From the NCBI GenBank assembly GCA_015680685.1, contig MNCI01002843.1, positions 1-64,000 of the forward strand: DNA of 64,000 nt, in the 5' to 3' direction. Source of the DNA: Gnetum montanum (lineage: Eukaryota > Plantae > Gnetophyta). Both the position numbers and the translations under genes were made by a program. Each line of letters opens with the position of its first letter. The stretch's first letter is position 1. A model generated the notes under the pieces. The model saw only the letters and a program-made list of their open reading frames with translations. It did no database searches and was not told where the DNA came from. Positions 37,700-50,739 of the stretch are shown here, in pieces.

Positions 37700-40600
37700 A
37701 GTTAAACGGAAGAGAGAACAAGTAGATGACTATTGGAGAGATTGGGTAGACTCCTTAGAATATTTGTAATAAAGTTTGACTTGTAGGATATTGACAAGAA
37801 TGAGCTTATGTGGATAGGATGGGTGGTAGATATGTAAGACACCAGATGGATAAGTGGCCTGAATAATGTATGGTCCCTTCCAAAGTGTCTAAAATGTAGC
37901 TTTTTGGGGTAAATGATTAGGATAATAGTAGAGGACCTTATCACATGGTTGTATAGTTACATGCCTTATCCATGTATCGTGTCGAAGTTTGGAGTAATGC
38001 TTATGGACTTCACTACTCATAAGTACTACCAGACTATTCTCATATAAAACATGCAGGTTCATGAGATGTTCTTTTTGGGCTAAGCTCATATCAAGGTCAA
38101 GTTTACTAGTAGTAGCTAAAGTGTGAAGCTCTGCCTAGATTGGGAGCATTGGCAACTTGCTGTAAACTAACTCATATGGTGAGTGCCCTATAGATGGTTT
38201 CTAGGATGTCCTATAGGCCCATCGAGCATCATTCAGTTTAGTCTTTTCTAAATCTACTAATCGGCCTAGTAAGTATTCTAGTAATTTCATGGTTAGTCAC
38301 TTTAGCTTGACCATTTTCTTAAGGATGATATGGTGTTGTTAGCTTATGGTTCACCCCAAGTTGTTGCATGAGTTTTTTAAATTTAGCATCAGTAAAGTAA
38401 GTTTCGTTGTCTGATATGAGCATTCATGGTACTCCAGATCTATTCACCACATGTTGTTGGAAGAATTTGACAACTATCTTTGTTATATAGTATTTTATTA
38501 ACTTCTTCCTTTGCTCACTTTGTATAGTAATCCACAGTCACAATGATATATGCTTTTCCATTTGACATTAGTTGTATGGGCCTCATAAAATCAATCCCCC
38601 ATATGCCAAAAGGTTCAAGTGGCTATATCCATTATTGTAGCCCTTCATATTTGTCTATAATTCCTCCATTTATAAGATTGTGCAAAATTGTGGGCATCTC
38701 TGAACAAGGTAGGTCAAAAGTAGCCTACCATCATCAGATTAAGTGCCATTCTGCATCCTACATAGTCATCATTACATGGGCCTTTATGGGCATCCTATAA
38801 GACTCTTTGTTGATCACCCTCTAGCACACACCATCTACTGAGCCCATTTGCACAAATCGTGTACAAATTGCCATTTATTTCCATATACCATTTTGATATG
38901 TGAAGGAATTATTCACATTATTTTCTACTCCATTCAATAGGGAGCTCTTCTGTTGATAGATAAGTCAGATATTCTGTGGTCCATGGCTTCCCTATTGAAC
39001 TTACAACATTTATTATTTTAGTAAACAAATCTTCATTAGGAAATTGGTTTGATAAAAGTTCTACTCGATCTTCAAAATCCCATCTTAACCTTCATAGATG
39101 ATCGACTATCACATTTTCTGTTTCGTTTTTGCCTATCATCATGATGTTGAATTCTTGCAAAATGATGAGTCATCTTATCACTTTGGGACTAACTACTGGT
39201 TTGTTCATAAGAAATCAGATGACACTATGATCGGTATGGACATAAATCTACTACCCAAGCACATAATTTCTAGACTTTTCAAGTGTATACACCACAACCA
39301 TTAACTTCTTTTTCATTGTGATGTAGTTTAATTATGCTCTAGTGATGCTCTTGCTAGCACAATGTATGTAGTAAGGTCTCTTCTGATCATCTAATTGTGT
39401 CAATACTACACCAAGCTTATAATTTAAAGCATCATTCATGATATAAAAAGGCCTTAACCAATCCAAATCTTGAAGGATTGGTGTCTCCACTAGTTTTTTC
39501 TTTAGAGCCTCGAATGCCTTTTCACATGACTCTGTCCACTTGAAGGGTGCATCCTTCTTAGTGAGTTCTATAAGTAGTTTGGCTATCTTTGAAAAATTTT
39601 CTATGAATCTTCTATAGTATCCAGTGCGGTCTAAGAATGATCTCATATCTTTCATTGTTTGTGGCCTTTGATTGATATTTTGTATAACTCTAATTTTTTA
39701 GAATCTACCTCAATGCTTCTCTAGGAGATTTTATGTCCCAACACTATGCCTTCATGGACCATGAGATGGCTTTTCTGCCAATTGAGCTTCAAATTGGTTT
39801 CAACACATCTTTTAACTACCTACTCCAATCGGTCTAGTGCTTGCTTGAAATCTAGCCCATATGCTGAAAAAATCATCCATAAACAATTATACACCAATTT
39901 CAATTTTTTTTTGAAAAATGCTAAGCACAAGTCTCTAGAATGTAGTGTGTGCATTGCAAAGACCAAATGGCATCTACTTGTAAGTAAACGTTCCTCATGG
40001 ACTAGTGAATGTTGTTTTCTCTTGGTCCTTAAGTGCAATGCAGATATAATTGTATCCACTGTGTCCATCCAGAAAGCTATAATATTCATGTCCTGCAATG
40101 ATGTTCAAGACTTGATCAACAAACAACAAAGGAAAATGATCCTTAAATGTAGTTTCATTCAACATCTAGAAGTCAATGTAGACTTGACATTTTCCCCCTT
40201 CTTTAGAACAATTACTAAGGGACTGATCCACTTACAATCTGCAATAGGATAAATTAATCTTGCCTTTAGCAATTTTTTCAACTCTTGCTTGACTACCTCT
40301 TTGAGTTTGGGATTAAGCCTCCATTGAGGTTGGTGTTGTGATTTGACTGCTGGATCAGTACATATTTAGTGTTAAGAAATTCTTAGATCAATTTCCATGA
40401 TCTCATCATAAGACTATGCAAATGCAGTAGGCCATCAATGAATCTTCTAGTAACTTCCTCTTCTACTCTTCTTTCAAATTGTCATTGATTATGACCAGCT
40501 TCTTATTATTCAAAAATGCATATTCCAATGTTGTTGATAGGGCCTTTAGTTCCAACGATTCTAGTTCCATCATGTCTAGGATCTCCAAGTGCCTCCAATT

Positions 40601-41350
40601 TATCTCTTCTTCTTGATTTTTTCATGGGTGGAAGTGAGTTTTCCTTAATTGTTCTAACCTACTAGCCTCTTCAAAGTAGGCACTAACAATTTGTTCCTCT
40701 AGTTCCATGTACTTGTAAGATTAAGTTTCTTCATTTGTGATCAACCATAGGGTACCTTCTTGTTGTGTGGCTGCCACATACATACAATTTTGCACACATA
40801 TTTCTTCTACATATTTATTTTATGCCTTGGTATCCTCTCGTCTAATAGCCCATATTCTTTGCACACAATTGCATCCATTATTGTTGTATGCGATACATGG
40901 AACTCTCCATCTTTGTATAATGATAGCCTCATCTTCCTTGGAAATTTCCAAGGACACAAATTCCAAGCTTAGCATCAACAGTGCTAAGCCAAGCTCTTCC
41001 TATGATAACTGGAAATTCTCACTTACTTTTTCCCACATGAATGATAAGAAAATCAGCAGGGTAAGACCAATCACTGATGGTTGTAATCACATCATCCACT
41101 TGTCCTAGTGGAACTATGATTGACTAGTCTGCAAGCTTCAACCAAATGTTACTCTTCTTTAGTGACGATAGATTCTAGGCCAAATACATGCCTTGGAAAA
41201 TCAAATTTACTTCTGACCCAGAATCAAGTAGAGCTTTGCATGGTTTCTACCCTGATACTTTTAGGTAAACTAAGGGACTTCTTGGATTAGTTCACTTCTA
41301 TGGAAGAACCCCTACCTTTATCCAATGAGTGATCTTCTAAGTTAGCGTGA
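37700..41350 (-). pseudogene. pol: Element C pol (protease-RT-RNase H-integrase), degenerate
   Basis: KALLDSGSEVNLI ~41220; KDHFPL and LFMDDF ~40140-39870; RSFLDRTGYYRRFIENFSKIAK and DALNYKLGVVL 39332-39655; WGIDFM ~38590. Confidence 0.93.
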
Positions 41351-41399
41351 CAATTGTGACATTTAAATTTGATGAAGATATAAGCATGTTGTGTTGAGG

Positions 41400-43900
41400 A
41401 GGATTAAATGTAGATGAGGTGGAAGTAGATGTGTTCCCTAATACTCGAATCTTTTCAAGACTCATTTGAAAGAATAGTTGTTTCTTGGGTTGCAATTCAC
41501 ATGTAATCACCTCCTCTTACATACTAACTACCTTGGTTGCATTCTTTTGCTATGGTTGTGATGGTAGTTCCCCCTTGCATGATAGGAGGTAACATTGGTG
41601 GTAAAGGATTCAGGTGTTGGGTTGAAGGACTAGTTGTTGATGCGTGCACATATGAGTTTGGATTTGTCCTTGGCAGTGTTGGTTTGTGCTACTCTGTTGG
41701 GTAGTATTGTGAAGTTTGTATAATAGCATTGCCCATAGAGTTTGGACGTTGTACAAAGTATCCATACGAATCTAGTTGTCAGTATGGATATTGTTGGCAA
41801 GGTGATGACATGACGCATGAATGGGGTTGTTGCCACTATGGCTAGTACTGCGCTGGTGGTTGTGGCAAAGCTCCACTAGGATAGCACGTGGGTTGGAAGT
41901 TCTACCTGTAGTTACCTTAAGGATAAGATAACCTTTTGGGCATCTATTTCTTAATGAATCTAGGATTAAGTGCATATGCCCCTATTTCCTGCAAATGTGC
42001 CATTATAGGATAACATCCTTTGGGATGTTCGTATTGGCACACACCATAGCCCTCCTCATCTTTGGAGCTTGTGTCTGAACACTCAGCCACTAAAGCCACT
42101 TTGTCTTTTTGTCCAAGGTCTCTTTTATTTTTCTTATCCTTGCCTTTTCCAAAGGTTTGCTTTGCTCTCTCCTCCAAAATCTTTAAGGTTGTTGTACATC
42201 TCTCATCAATTGAGTCCCATATCTTTGCTACCTATGCTACTTCATCTATGATAGATTTTTGGATTGGTAAAGTTTTCTTTTGAATTGTTTGATCTAAAGG
42301 TTTCTTCATCATGTGTGTCACAGACTTGTGCATCCATTTTCCTAATTTATGGATCTCTATTGTATTCTTCTATTGATTCTCTTTTTCGTAATTCACCTTC
42401 TTCCTTTACCACTTGATCAATTAGTCTTTGAATTCAATGGGTAGTGATTTCAAATAATTAGCCTTAAGCATAAATTCCAAGGATCTCTTTGGTCTTATTT
42501 CGTAATCCATCTACAATGTGCCTTAACTATTCCCACTATGAGAATCCATGGGTTGGGCATTTGTGCAATAATGAATAGTACCTACCCATTACCACATCAA
42601 GGGTTTCATGAGTCCCTTGCTTTCATCCTCGGATTTGTTTCCTCAAGTTGGACACTTGTAAGTAGGTTTGGTACTTGTCATTAAAGACATTTAGCATGGT
42701 ACTCTATCTTCTGATTGATTTAGGTTTGAGTGATCTATACCAGCTCTTAGCCTCTTTCACAAGTGTTCATGGGAATAACTTCAACTTCTACCAATCACTT
42801 TCAATGTTTTGAAGGACACAAGCATTATGGAATGCTTGGAGGTGGTGTTGTGAATCAGCATTAGAACCATCCTCAAATCTTGGCATGTTGTTCATATCAA
42901 GCCATTTGATACGACTATTCCTCATGTGCCTAGTTGGTATATGTATAGCTTCTTGGATGTTAATCATACTTCAAGTTTCCATCATGGGTTCATCATCATG
43001 ATTGGGTTCATGTGTTCTGTTGTAGTGGTGACTGCTTTTGTGCTCATACCTTTCTTGATCCTCTCTTTGATCCCTTTGTCTTCTTTGTTCATATTCTTCA
43101 TCTTTTGTATTAGAGTGTCTTAAATAACAGTCGTGACAGTCATGAATTCTCCTTTCCTCCTTGTCCTAGTCTTTGTACTTTGGTCTCCTTTTATCGGAGT
43201 CCACTGATAATCATGATGATGTGGATGAGGTAGTAGGAGAACAACATCAACTTGTCCTCCTTTCATGACTCCTATATTCTCCTTTGTAATATTCAACAAA
43301 AACTCTTGGCCTTGAGTCTTGCTTATACTTTGAGTTAGTAACCTTCCTCTTAGGTGTCTCTGCTAGAGGGGAATGAAGTCAAACTTTGACAGGTTCCTCA
43401 AGTCTAATGATAGGTGTTTTGAAGGCTCTTCATGATTCTGGTAGAGTTGTTCTATGATGAACACATCAACATCAAGTTCTTCCAAGAAAACGAAAGTGTT
43501 AGCCTACTTTTCTTTATTGTGTACATATTTGATTTCCATGGTAGCATCTCTCCTCATCTGCTCCTTTGTGAGTTCATAAGGCCTTGTCATGTGCTTAGTC
43601 ACCTAGTACCCTTCCTAGATTTGGTTTAGATTCATTTCCCTTAGGGTAGTTTGGAGCATGTTAAGCTCTGCACATTCTAGAGGTAGGACTATGTTGCCTT
43701 GTATGTCTCTCCACCTCATTTGATTGTCCTAGTGGAAGATGAAAGTGAAATTTGGATGATAAGGATTCATTTGAGCATATGTGATTCTTATTTACATTAG
43801 CATCCCCCATTCTTCTTCATCGTTGATTCTGTCATTGCTTCTTTTCATCTCTTTGGTAAGTAATGATGTATCTTTGTTTGAAGCAATGTTGTGGTTTAAG
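41400..43900 (-). pseudogene. gag: Element C gag (degenerate) with long N-terminal extension
   Basis: Homologous to gag of A and D: NFTFIFH..WRDIQGNIVLP, KLKLFP..LVKEAKSWYRSL, knuckle-like VCQYEHPKGCYP at ~42040. Boundaries approximate. Confidence 0.85.
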
Positions 43901-44012
43901 ACATTTGTTAAGTGTGCTTACTTTTAAAGTTATTAAAGGATTAGAATTTTGACTTTGGGTTTTTGATACAACAAACTTTGGAAAAATTAGTTACTCAACA
44001 TACATTGACTTC

Positions 44013-44030
44013 TCCTCGGCAACAGTGCCA
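44013..44030 (-). promoter_or_regulatory. Degenerate tRNA-Asp PBS of element C
   Basis: Minus strand TGGCACTGTTGCCGAGGA versus consensus TGGCGCCGTTGCCGGGGA. Confidence 0.85.
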
Positions 44031-44031
44031 A

Positions 44032-44891
44032 TGATGAGCGGTGGAGCAATTCAACACCCAACCATACAAGTCATAGGTGTTTTATGCGTGACCAAATCGT
44101 AATCCATGGACAAGGCAATGTGATTATGCTAGTAATTAGTTTTAGTTCGAGACTGTTGTCTTCCCATGTGGAGCTACTGAAGTCTACGTGTATGGTTTAG
44201 CTCACGATGAGGTATATGATATGTTGATGTTGTTTGGTGATCTGGCTCCTAGCAGACATGGTGAAGTAAAAGTAATTTCTAACTCGAAAGCTAACTATAA
44301 CAATAAACGAATCTAGTCTATCCTAAGGCAATGAGTATTCAATCCTAACCTTCTGTACACACCCTGGGCTTCGTGTAACTACTACTGGGATTACTAAGTA
44401 CTTCACTACTGGGCAAACCAAGCGATAGCACTATTGGATTACCAAGCAATTACATTTAAGTGCTCGAGATTAGTTGTACTCATTCCGCTTAACCGTAGTA
44501 ATGGTAAAGTGTATGGAATAGTAAACATTAACTAAGAAAACAATAATCATTATTTTAAGTAAAACATTAAACTAGGATAATGCTACAATAGTATGAAATA
44601 GCTTGATCTTTATTGCTGGTCACCCTTATGCCCAAGTACAAGATGCGTGAATAAAGACTCTATACACTACATCATACTACACTACGGGCATTCACACTTC
44701 TAAGTGCTTAAACTAAATTTACGAAAACAAATTGAAAGAGTTTTGCTACTATGGAATGAAAACTATTGTGAATTTGTGCACCTAAGTGTTGTATTATGAT
44801 ATTGCATATACAATGACGTAGCTAGTGCTACGATATAGGAGCTATGATATTGTATATCCGATATTATAGTCCAGCAAATTTAACTTTATCC
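44032..44891 (-). repeat. Element C 5' LTR
   Basis: Aligns with 15285-16102 and is followed on the minus strand by the PBS. Confidence 0.9.
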
Positions 44892-45489
44892 ATAAGTATT
44901 TGCTATTGTCGATGAAAAGCTTATGCAAAATCAAAACTTCCTCTGATTTCTTTTTTAGGACCATCCTTTATGAATCCTCTCATAATATTTAATTGTTGCT
45001 CTAACATGTTCATTAACCTAGAAGTTTCCTCCTAATAAAATATACTTTCTTCTTTTGAAATTTATTACTTTAACCTATAGATTTTGAGAGAAACTCTTTT
45101 TAGTATTAGCATTTAATTTAAGGTGCACACACAATCTTTATTTTTTTTGTAACATAAAAATTTCATAGAATTCCAACTCAAATCAATAATGCTTTTATAG
45201 AAAGATAAAGATATATAACATATGACTATGCAAAGAGTTTTAAACCTGTATTTATAGCGCTCTTAATGTTAAAGTTACATAAATATTACACACGGCTACC
45301 GTACCCAAGATTGGTTCATTTATTGAAACAAATAAGTTTACGCAAAAGCAATTAAGCACAAGTTTAGATCCCATCAAGCATTCAATGAATTTAACCAAGG
45401 AAAGGAACAGTGAGATATTCTCGTTTAGGCGCGCTTTCAATGTGTGACATTCAATGTATTTTTTTTGCGTAAAAGTTTCGATGAACAGA

Positions 45490-45795
45490 CACAGAGCAGA
45501 GCAAAAATTGAAGCAAGGTAAAATGGGTAGAGCTCAAAGCCTCAAATAGAGCAAGATGTGCAGGAAATAAAAACGAGTGAGAGTAAGACCAAGATTTCTA
45601 ACAAAAACGAGCTGACAGCGAGGGCAAAATTTAGCCCCACAAGCAGAGTCGGAGTAGGAGCAAAATCCGTAGAGTTGGTTTAGCAAAATCTGGTGAAAAG
45701 GAGGGCCGAATCAAAGCAAGAGCAAAATTTCCATGGTGAGGAAGATGGAGATGGAGTGGAAGCAAGAGCAAAATTTCGAAGCAGGGCAAAATCAG
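45490..45795. repeat. Dispersed degenerate GAGCAAAAT motif cluster
   Basis: Repeated (A/G)GCAAAAT and AGCAAGAGCAAAATTTC in a purine-rich tract. Confidence 0.5.
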
Positions 45796-45963
45796 TCTAA
45801 CAGGCAAAGAATTGAACTCCTACCCTAGATTTGCCGAGTAATTTGTTCTATTGTATCGCCGCCATAACAATTTAACACTAAATTGTTAATATCGTTTTTG
45901 ACGAAATTACGCATACCTTTAAAAAATAAACTTTATCCTGCTATGACATCAAGCCCAATTACA

Positions 45964-46019
45964 TACAAAATACACAGCTAAGCAGCTTCGGTACAAAATA
46001 CATAGCTAAGCAGCTTCGG
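45964..46019. repeat. 28-bp tandem duplication
   Basis: TACAAAATACA(C/T)AGCTAAGCAGCTTCGG twice. Confidence 0.9.
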
Positions 46020-46627
46020 CTGAAAGTCTATGTTGTTTGTTTTCCGAAAGTTCACTTCTTTCTCACATCAGCGTTAGGAATGTGTGCAGAAATTGGCGAA
46101 ATATTTTGGTGGATGCAAATTCTGAACTTCATACGGTACAGAACGTTCTATGCTGTTCTTTGAGGTAAATGCACACCTCCATTTCATTTTATCTAAAGAT
46201 GGGTAAAAACTGTCCAACTTGAATCCAGATAACTTCGTTTATTTTCTGGAAAGATTCCTTGTGTGCAATACCTGGGGACATTCTGCTTAAATTAAGTAGA
46301 GACTCTAGGATAACATACGAAACTTATTTCTAAATCTCAAATAAGAATAACTTAAAATCTTTCTAGAATATGGTAAATCCCAATGTTTAGTACATTTGTT
46401 GATCCAAAATTGATGTTGATGTTGAATTTTCCTTGTAGGAGCTATAGAAACCAATTTTCAAAGTACTGGAGATAAAATCCATTTGATTTTTAGTTCTTAT
46501 AGACGGACAGAAAGCATTCAGTGCAAGGACAATCTTCAAGCACAGTTCGATACATGCAGCCTTATATGTGATTTTCCAGAATTAAACATCTTCAATTTCT
46601 CCTTCCTTTAAATGGAACAATGCTGCC

Positions 46628-46676
46628 GTGTGTTTACATGGAACAATAGGCTGCACATCCTTTTGCAGATGCTTCC
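46628..46676 (+). pseudogene. ~50-bp relic of exon 7 of the membrane-protein gene (third copy)
   Basis: GTGTGTTTACATGGAACAATAGGCTGCACATCCTTTTGCAGATGCTTCC aligns without gaps to 7788-7836 (CISMEQWVAHPYADTS). Confidence 0.75.
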
Positions 46677-49600
46677 TACTTGATTAGGATTTGAGTGCCT
46701 TACCTTTGACATGTACCGGCATTTATTTAAATGAATCTTGTTTTATTTGAAGAGAGAGAAAAAAGAAAGAAATAGATAAGAATTATGCTCTATATAAGCA
46801 TGGGGTGGGAAAGCAAGCTATTTTTTTTTAATTTTGTTTTGTTTTTTCTATTTTTCATGGTCGAAGTAGACAGTCTGCTAGATTTGTGGGATAAACCACC
46901 AAGATAATGATCATGGTCAAATTAAGCAGCTTCCAAAAAAGAAAAATACAAGCTTCAAAAAATGTTTCTCATGCCATCTTCTCTTCACATGTTTGTACAG
47001 CTCAGATAATCACTGATCGTCAAGAGCTGGGCAATCAACTAGAGCTATTGCCATAGCTATGACATCCATCCCAAAGAGACAAAAGAACTGACATCAAATA
47101 CGAAAAATTTGGGCTTCCAAAAACAAATTTGTGGCTATGAAATTATAGTCAAGATTAATTCTAACAGGCCCTGAAGAGGGACATACCCTCGAAAATTATG
47201 CCACGTGAACATGGCTTTAAAATTAGCTATAGTTTACCACTGTTTGGAACTCTGTTGTACACCTATGCTTTGCCTATTTTGTTCAAATTCAATTTGAGAT
47301 TATGCTATTTCTGAGCTTAACTAACAATCTACAGCTGAGGCATGATAAATCAGTTTATACATAAGAATCAGAGACAATGATTAGCCTGATTTCTGTAGCA
47401 ATTCTTCTTCAAATTATGGATCGTCCTTCCATTTCTGTGCTTCCATCTATGTAATGTCGTGTTGTTAATCTCCTAAATACAAAATACATCTGCTTTATAG
47501 AATATTATTCATCAATGACAATGTTTATCACAGGGTGAAGGACTGAAAGCACCAATGGGAAGGAAGAGGGTATTCTGGACTTGGTTTTCTGGGATATTTC
47601 ATAAAATGAAAAAGCCCAACATCTACAAAATCATGCAAGGCAATGCAGAAATTGAAAGGTAAATAAACAAAACGGAAAGGAAAAGTTGTAGTGGTTTCAA
47701 AATTCCATAAAACGTCTGGAAAATTGGAATTTAAAAGCATTTCATGCAATTTTTTGTTTAGCAGAATTTTGAGAATCTTCATTTTGAATGTTTAGCAAAT
47801 GTAAATCTATGATTGTAATTGAAATGTTGGAATGCATTTATGTGTTTGCCTGAGGCAGAGAGGTTTATGGTGGAAAATGCCAGCAAACATACTGTGAAGA
47901 ACAGTTCGCTGATTTTGGGAGGAAACAGAACATATGGAAGAGGCCCTCTTGATAAATTTAGGCATTACAAAGGGGGATGGAACATCAGCGATAAACATTA
48001 TTGGGCTGTAAGAAATACTAATAACCCAACTCATTTTTTGGTTACCAATATAGTTAATACAGTTATTTTTTATTTATGTTTTTGGCAATTGCAATCTGTG
48101 GGTTTCACTGCAGCGTCATATTTTGGGATTGCAATTGCTTGGTTTGCACTTTTTGGAATAATGTTATGTGGACTACTGATTTGCCACTATTGGAAAAAGA
48201 GGGTCAATATCACATTGCATCCTTATGCCTATGCCATTTTGCTTGTCCTTTTAATAATCTTCACTTGTAGTGGAATGTAAGCACTCCTTTTCATTTTTAA
48301 ATGTTCCATATTTATTTTTTAAGCTTTTAGGTCAGTTGTTTAGAATCCTTTTAAAAAAATTAAAGATATCCAGTTATATATGTAAAATTTTTTATTTAAA
48401 TGTTTAAGGTCTAGTTTTACTTTTGAGGATATACTTTGGCATTTTTTTTTATCCATTTGGAAGATAATAGAATAATGGTGGTGTGTGAAATTTTACAAGT
48501 GCTGGAACTATCATGCTGTTCACTTTTCATTTTTACATAAGTGCTGATGAAAAATGCTGTGTAACTAAAATGAAAGCCAAATATGAACAAGTATAAAAAT
48601 ATTGACTTCCATATTTTTTTTTAAGATTGATGTCTTGAGATGGATTTGTGGTTAATTTAAAATGTCATTTTTATGAAAGATCAGATCTTTAGCAATTAAA
48701 AACAACATATGATATTAATTTTTTACAGTGTGATTTGAAATTTGATCAATACAAAGAAATAAGATGAAAGGATGAATTTTCATGTCAAAGTTTGTTTATT
48801 ATCTACCTTTTTGTTATGATATATCAAAGATATATGATTAAGAGCAAGAAATGATGATAACAGTGTCTGATCTTCATCTTTCTTCGATGATTCTTACAAT
48901 GTGATTAGTTAGTAAAATGTTCCTTAAGTGGACCATGAAAGGCCATCTCAAATATTTCCAAGGGCTCTTTTCCATTTTGAAATGCTTTGCCTAAATGCCC
49001 AAGTTTTTTGCCTGTTGGCGCTTATCTATTATGCCTGTGTATTTAATAATTTGGTTGTTTTGAACCTTTTACTTTGAAGTTTTAATACTCAACTGTTGTA
49101 ACTGAGGATGCATTTATGTTAGTTTTGTTAGCTATTATAGAATGAAATTCGTAGTCTTATTTTGCAATAAATAAATATTAAATCTGTGTTTGCAATTATA
49201 TGATCCCATACACCAATGTTTTTTTACTTTGGTTCAGTTTTCCTTCTATTTAATTTACACCTTGATATTAATTACATTTAAAGCTTTAAAATTCTATTTT
49301 TGTTACAACCTTCTGTGATACAGAGCTGGAAGTATCATGCTTTATAATGGACAAGTTCATTTCCATTGAAGCATAACTCATACTATGGATTTTCTTGTGG
49401 GTGTTGCTGAAAGTACAGTTCAAACTCTGAGAAATGTGATAGATGTAATATCTCTAGCATTGGTAAATGAACTTGATCTTCTCTTTGTCCTTGAAGGTCA
49501 ACAGCAAACAACATTTGATTCATTAAATAGAAAGTTGAAACATGCAGCTAATACACTTGAATTAAAGATGAATGATGATCATGACAAGATTAAAAGAGTT

Positions 49601-50739
49601 CTCAATGCTGTGTATGTACCCCTACCCTCTGCTATCATATCAACGTTCCAATAGGAAGTGAAATTAATACGGTTTACTCTAAATTATTTTTTTGATGTAG
49701 GCGTTTGGCCTTAGTATGTCTTGCTGTAGTGATGTTGACTTTAGCTTTTGTTGGACTTGGTATGATTTTTCTCACCTTCTATTTGCCCTGCTCATTATTT
49801 TAATTTTTGTATTTATTTTACTTTTACATTTGCTATGTCTTATATTATTTGTTTGTTTTCTTCAAGTATCATCACTACGCGGATTGAGACGTGTGGTATA
49901 CAGGTAAGAAAAAGTACCTAAATTACAAAAATGTATGGCCTTCTAGTATGCTAATCATGATGCATTTAGGAAACTTGATTGAATCACGTTTTTGATGGTC
50001 TTGCTGTTATGTATTATTGTCCAGCTTGGTCCTCGTTTCATGGCTGTTAGTAACAGCAACATTTATTCTAAGCAGTATATTTCTTCTAGTAAGCAAGTAA
50101 GTTTTTCTCAAGTCATTCCATCAATACGTATTTGCAGTTTTCCACATGTTAGCATTCTCTGCTAGTGACAGCAACANTTGAACCGAAAAAGTGTGATATT
50201 CACCCTGATATTTTGCATGGAGTTTCTTGATTTTATTAACACTTTCAAAATTGTAATCAAAATGCTTTCCCCCTAGTAAGCCTCATAGTGAAGGTTGTTC
50301 TGAGTCTTGCATTTTTAAAGGCTGATTATGCAGGTTCTGTTTTCTCTGTTTGTTCTTATCTGTAATTTTACTGTACTTTTTTATTTCTTTGAAATTGAGT
50401 GCATACAACAGCATTACTGGTTGCTGCCTGTACAGATCACTGTGTTTAGGAATTTTCATTATTTTTAGATGAAATGGCCATATTTTCTTTTGTAACTGTA
50501 TTATTTAGTTATAGTCCTAAGATGTTTCTGTTTTGTAGCCCATACATCATATTTAAACTTAAGAATCTTAACCTTTGCAATTAGTAAAATGGAGTTTTCA
50601 AAGGGAATTATTTCTTATCACACAAACCTTGAAAGATACAATTTTTTTGACTAACAGTATTGGGGCTGAAAATGATACTATTTTTGTGTTGTTTCTTAGT
50701 TGGCTTAAATGGAAGAAGGGGCTGGGGGCACCTAGAAAC

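Larger units (their letters stand above)
15285..44891 (-). mobile_element. Element C: full-length degenerate Athila-like Ty3/gypsy retrotransposon (gag, AP-RT-RH-INT, extra 3' ORF), host of nested insertions
   Basis: LTR pair 15285-16102 and 44032-44891, TSD ATAAG at 15280-15284 and 44892-44896, tRNA-Asp PBS, gypsy domain order, long post-pol spacer and extra ORF. About 13 kb once nested blocks are removed. Confidence 0.92.

Noticed and set aside
46900-47500. Possible coding remnant upstream of copy 2
   Set aside because: The minus-strand frames I translated contain stops and no motif I can recognise; the ORF track shows nothing here.
4697-49369. In-frame TGA/TAG codons in the membrane-protein copies and TE ORFs as possible readthrough, recoding or U-to-C editing
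   Set aside because: Stops fall at different positions in each copy and come with frameshifts and dead splice sites. Ordinary decay explains them, and the DNA is nuclear.
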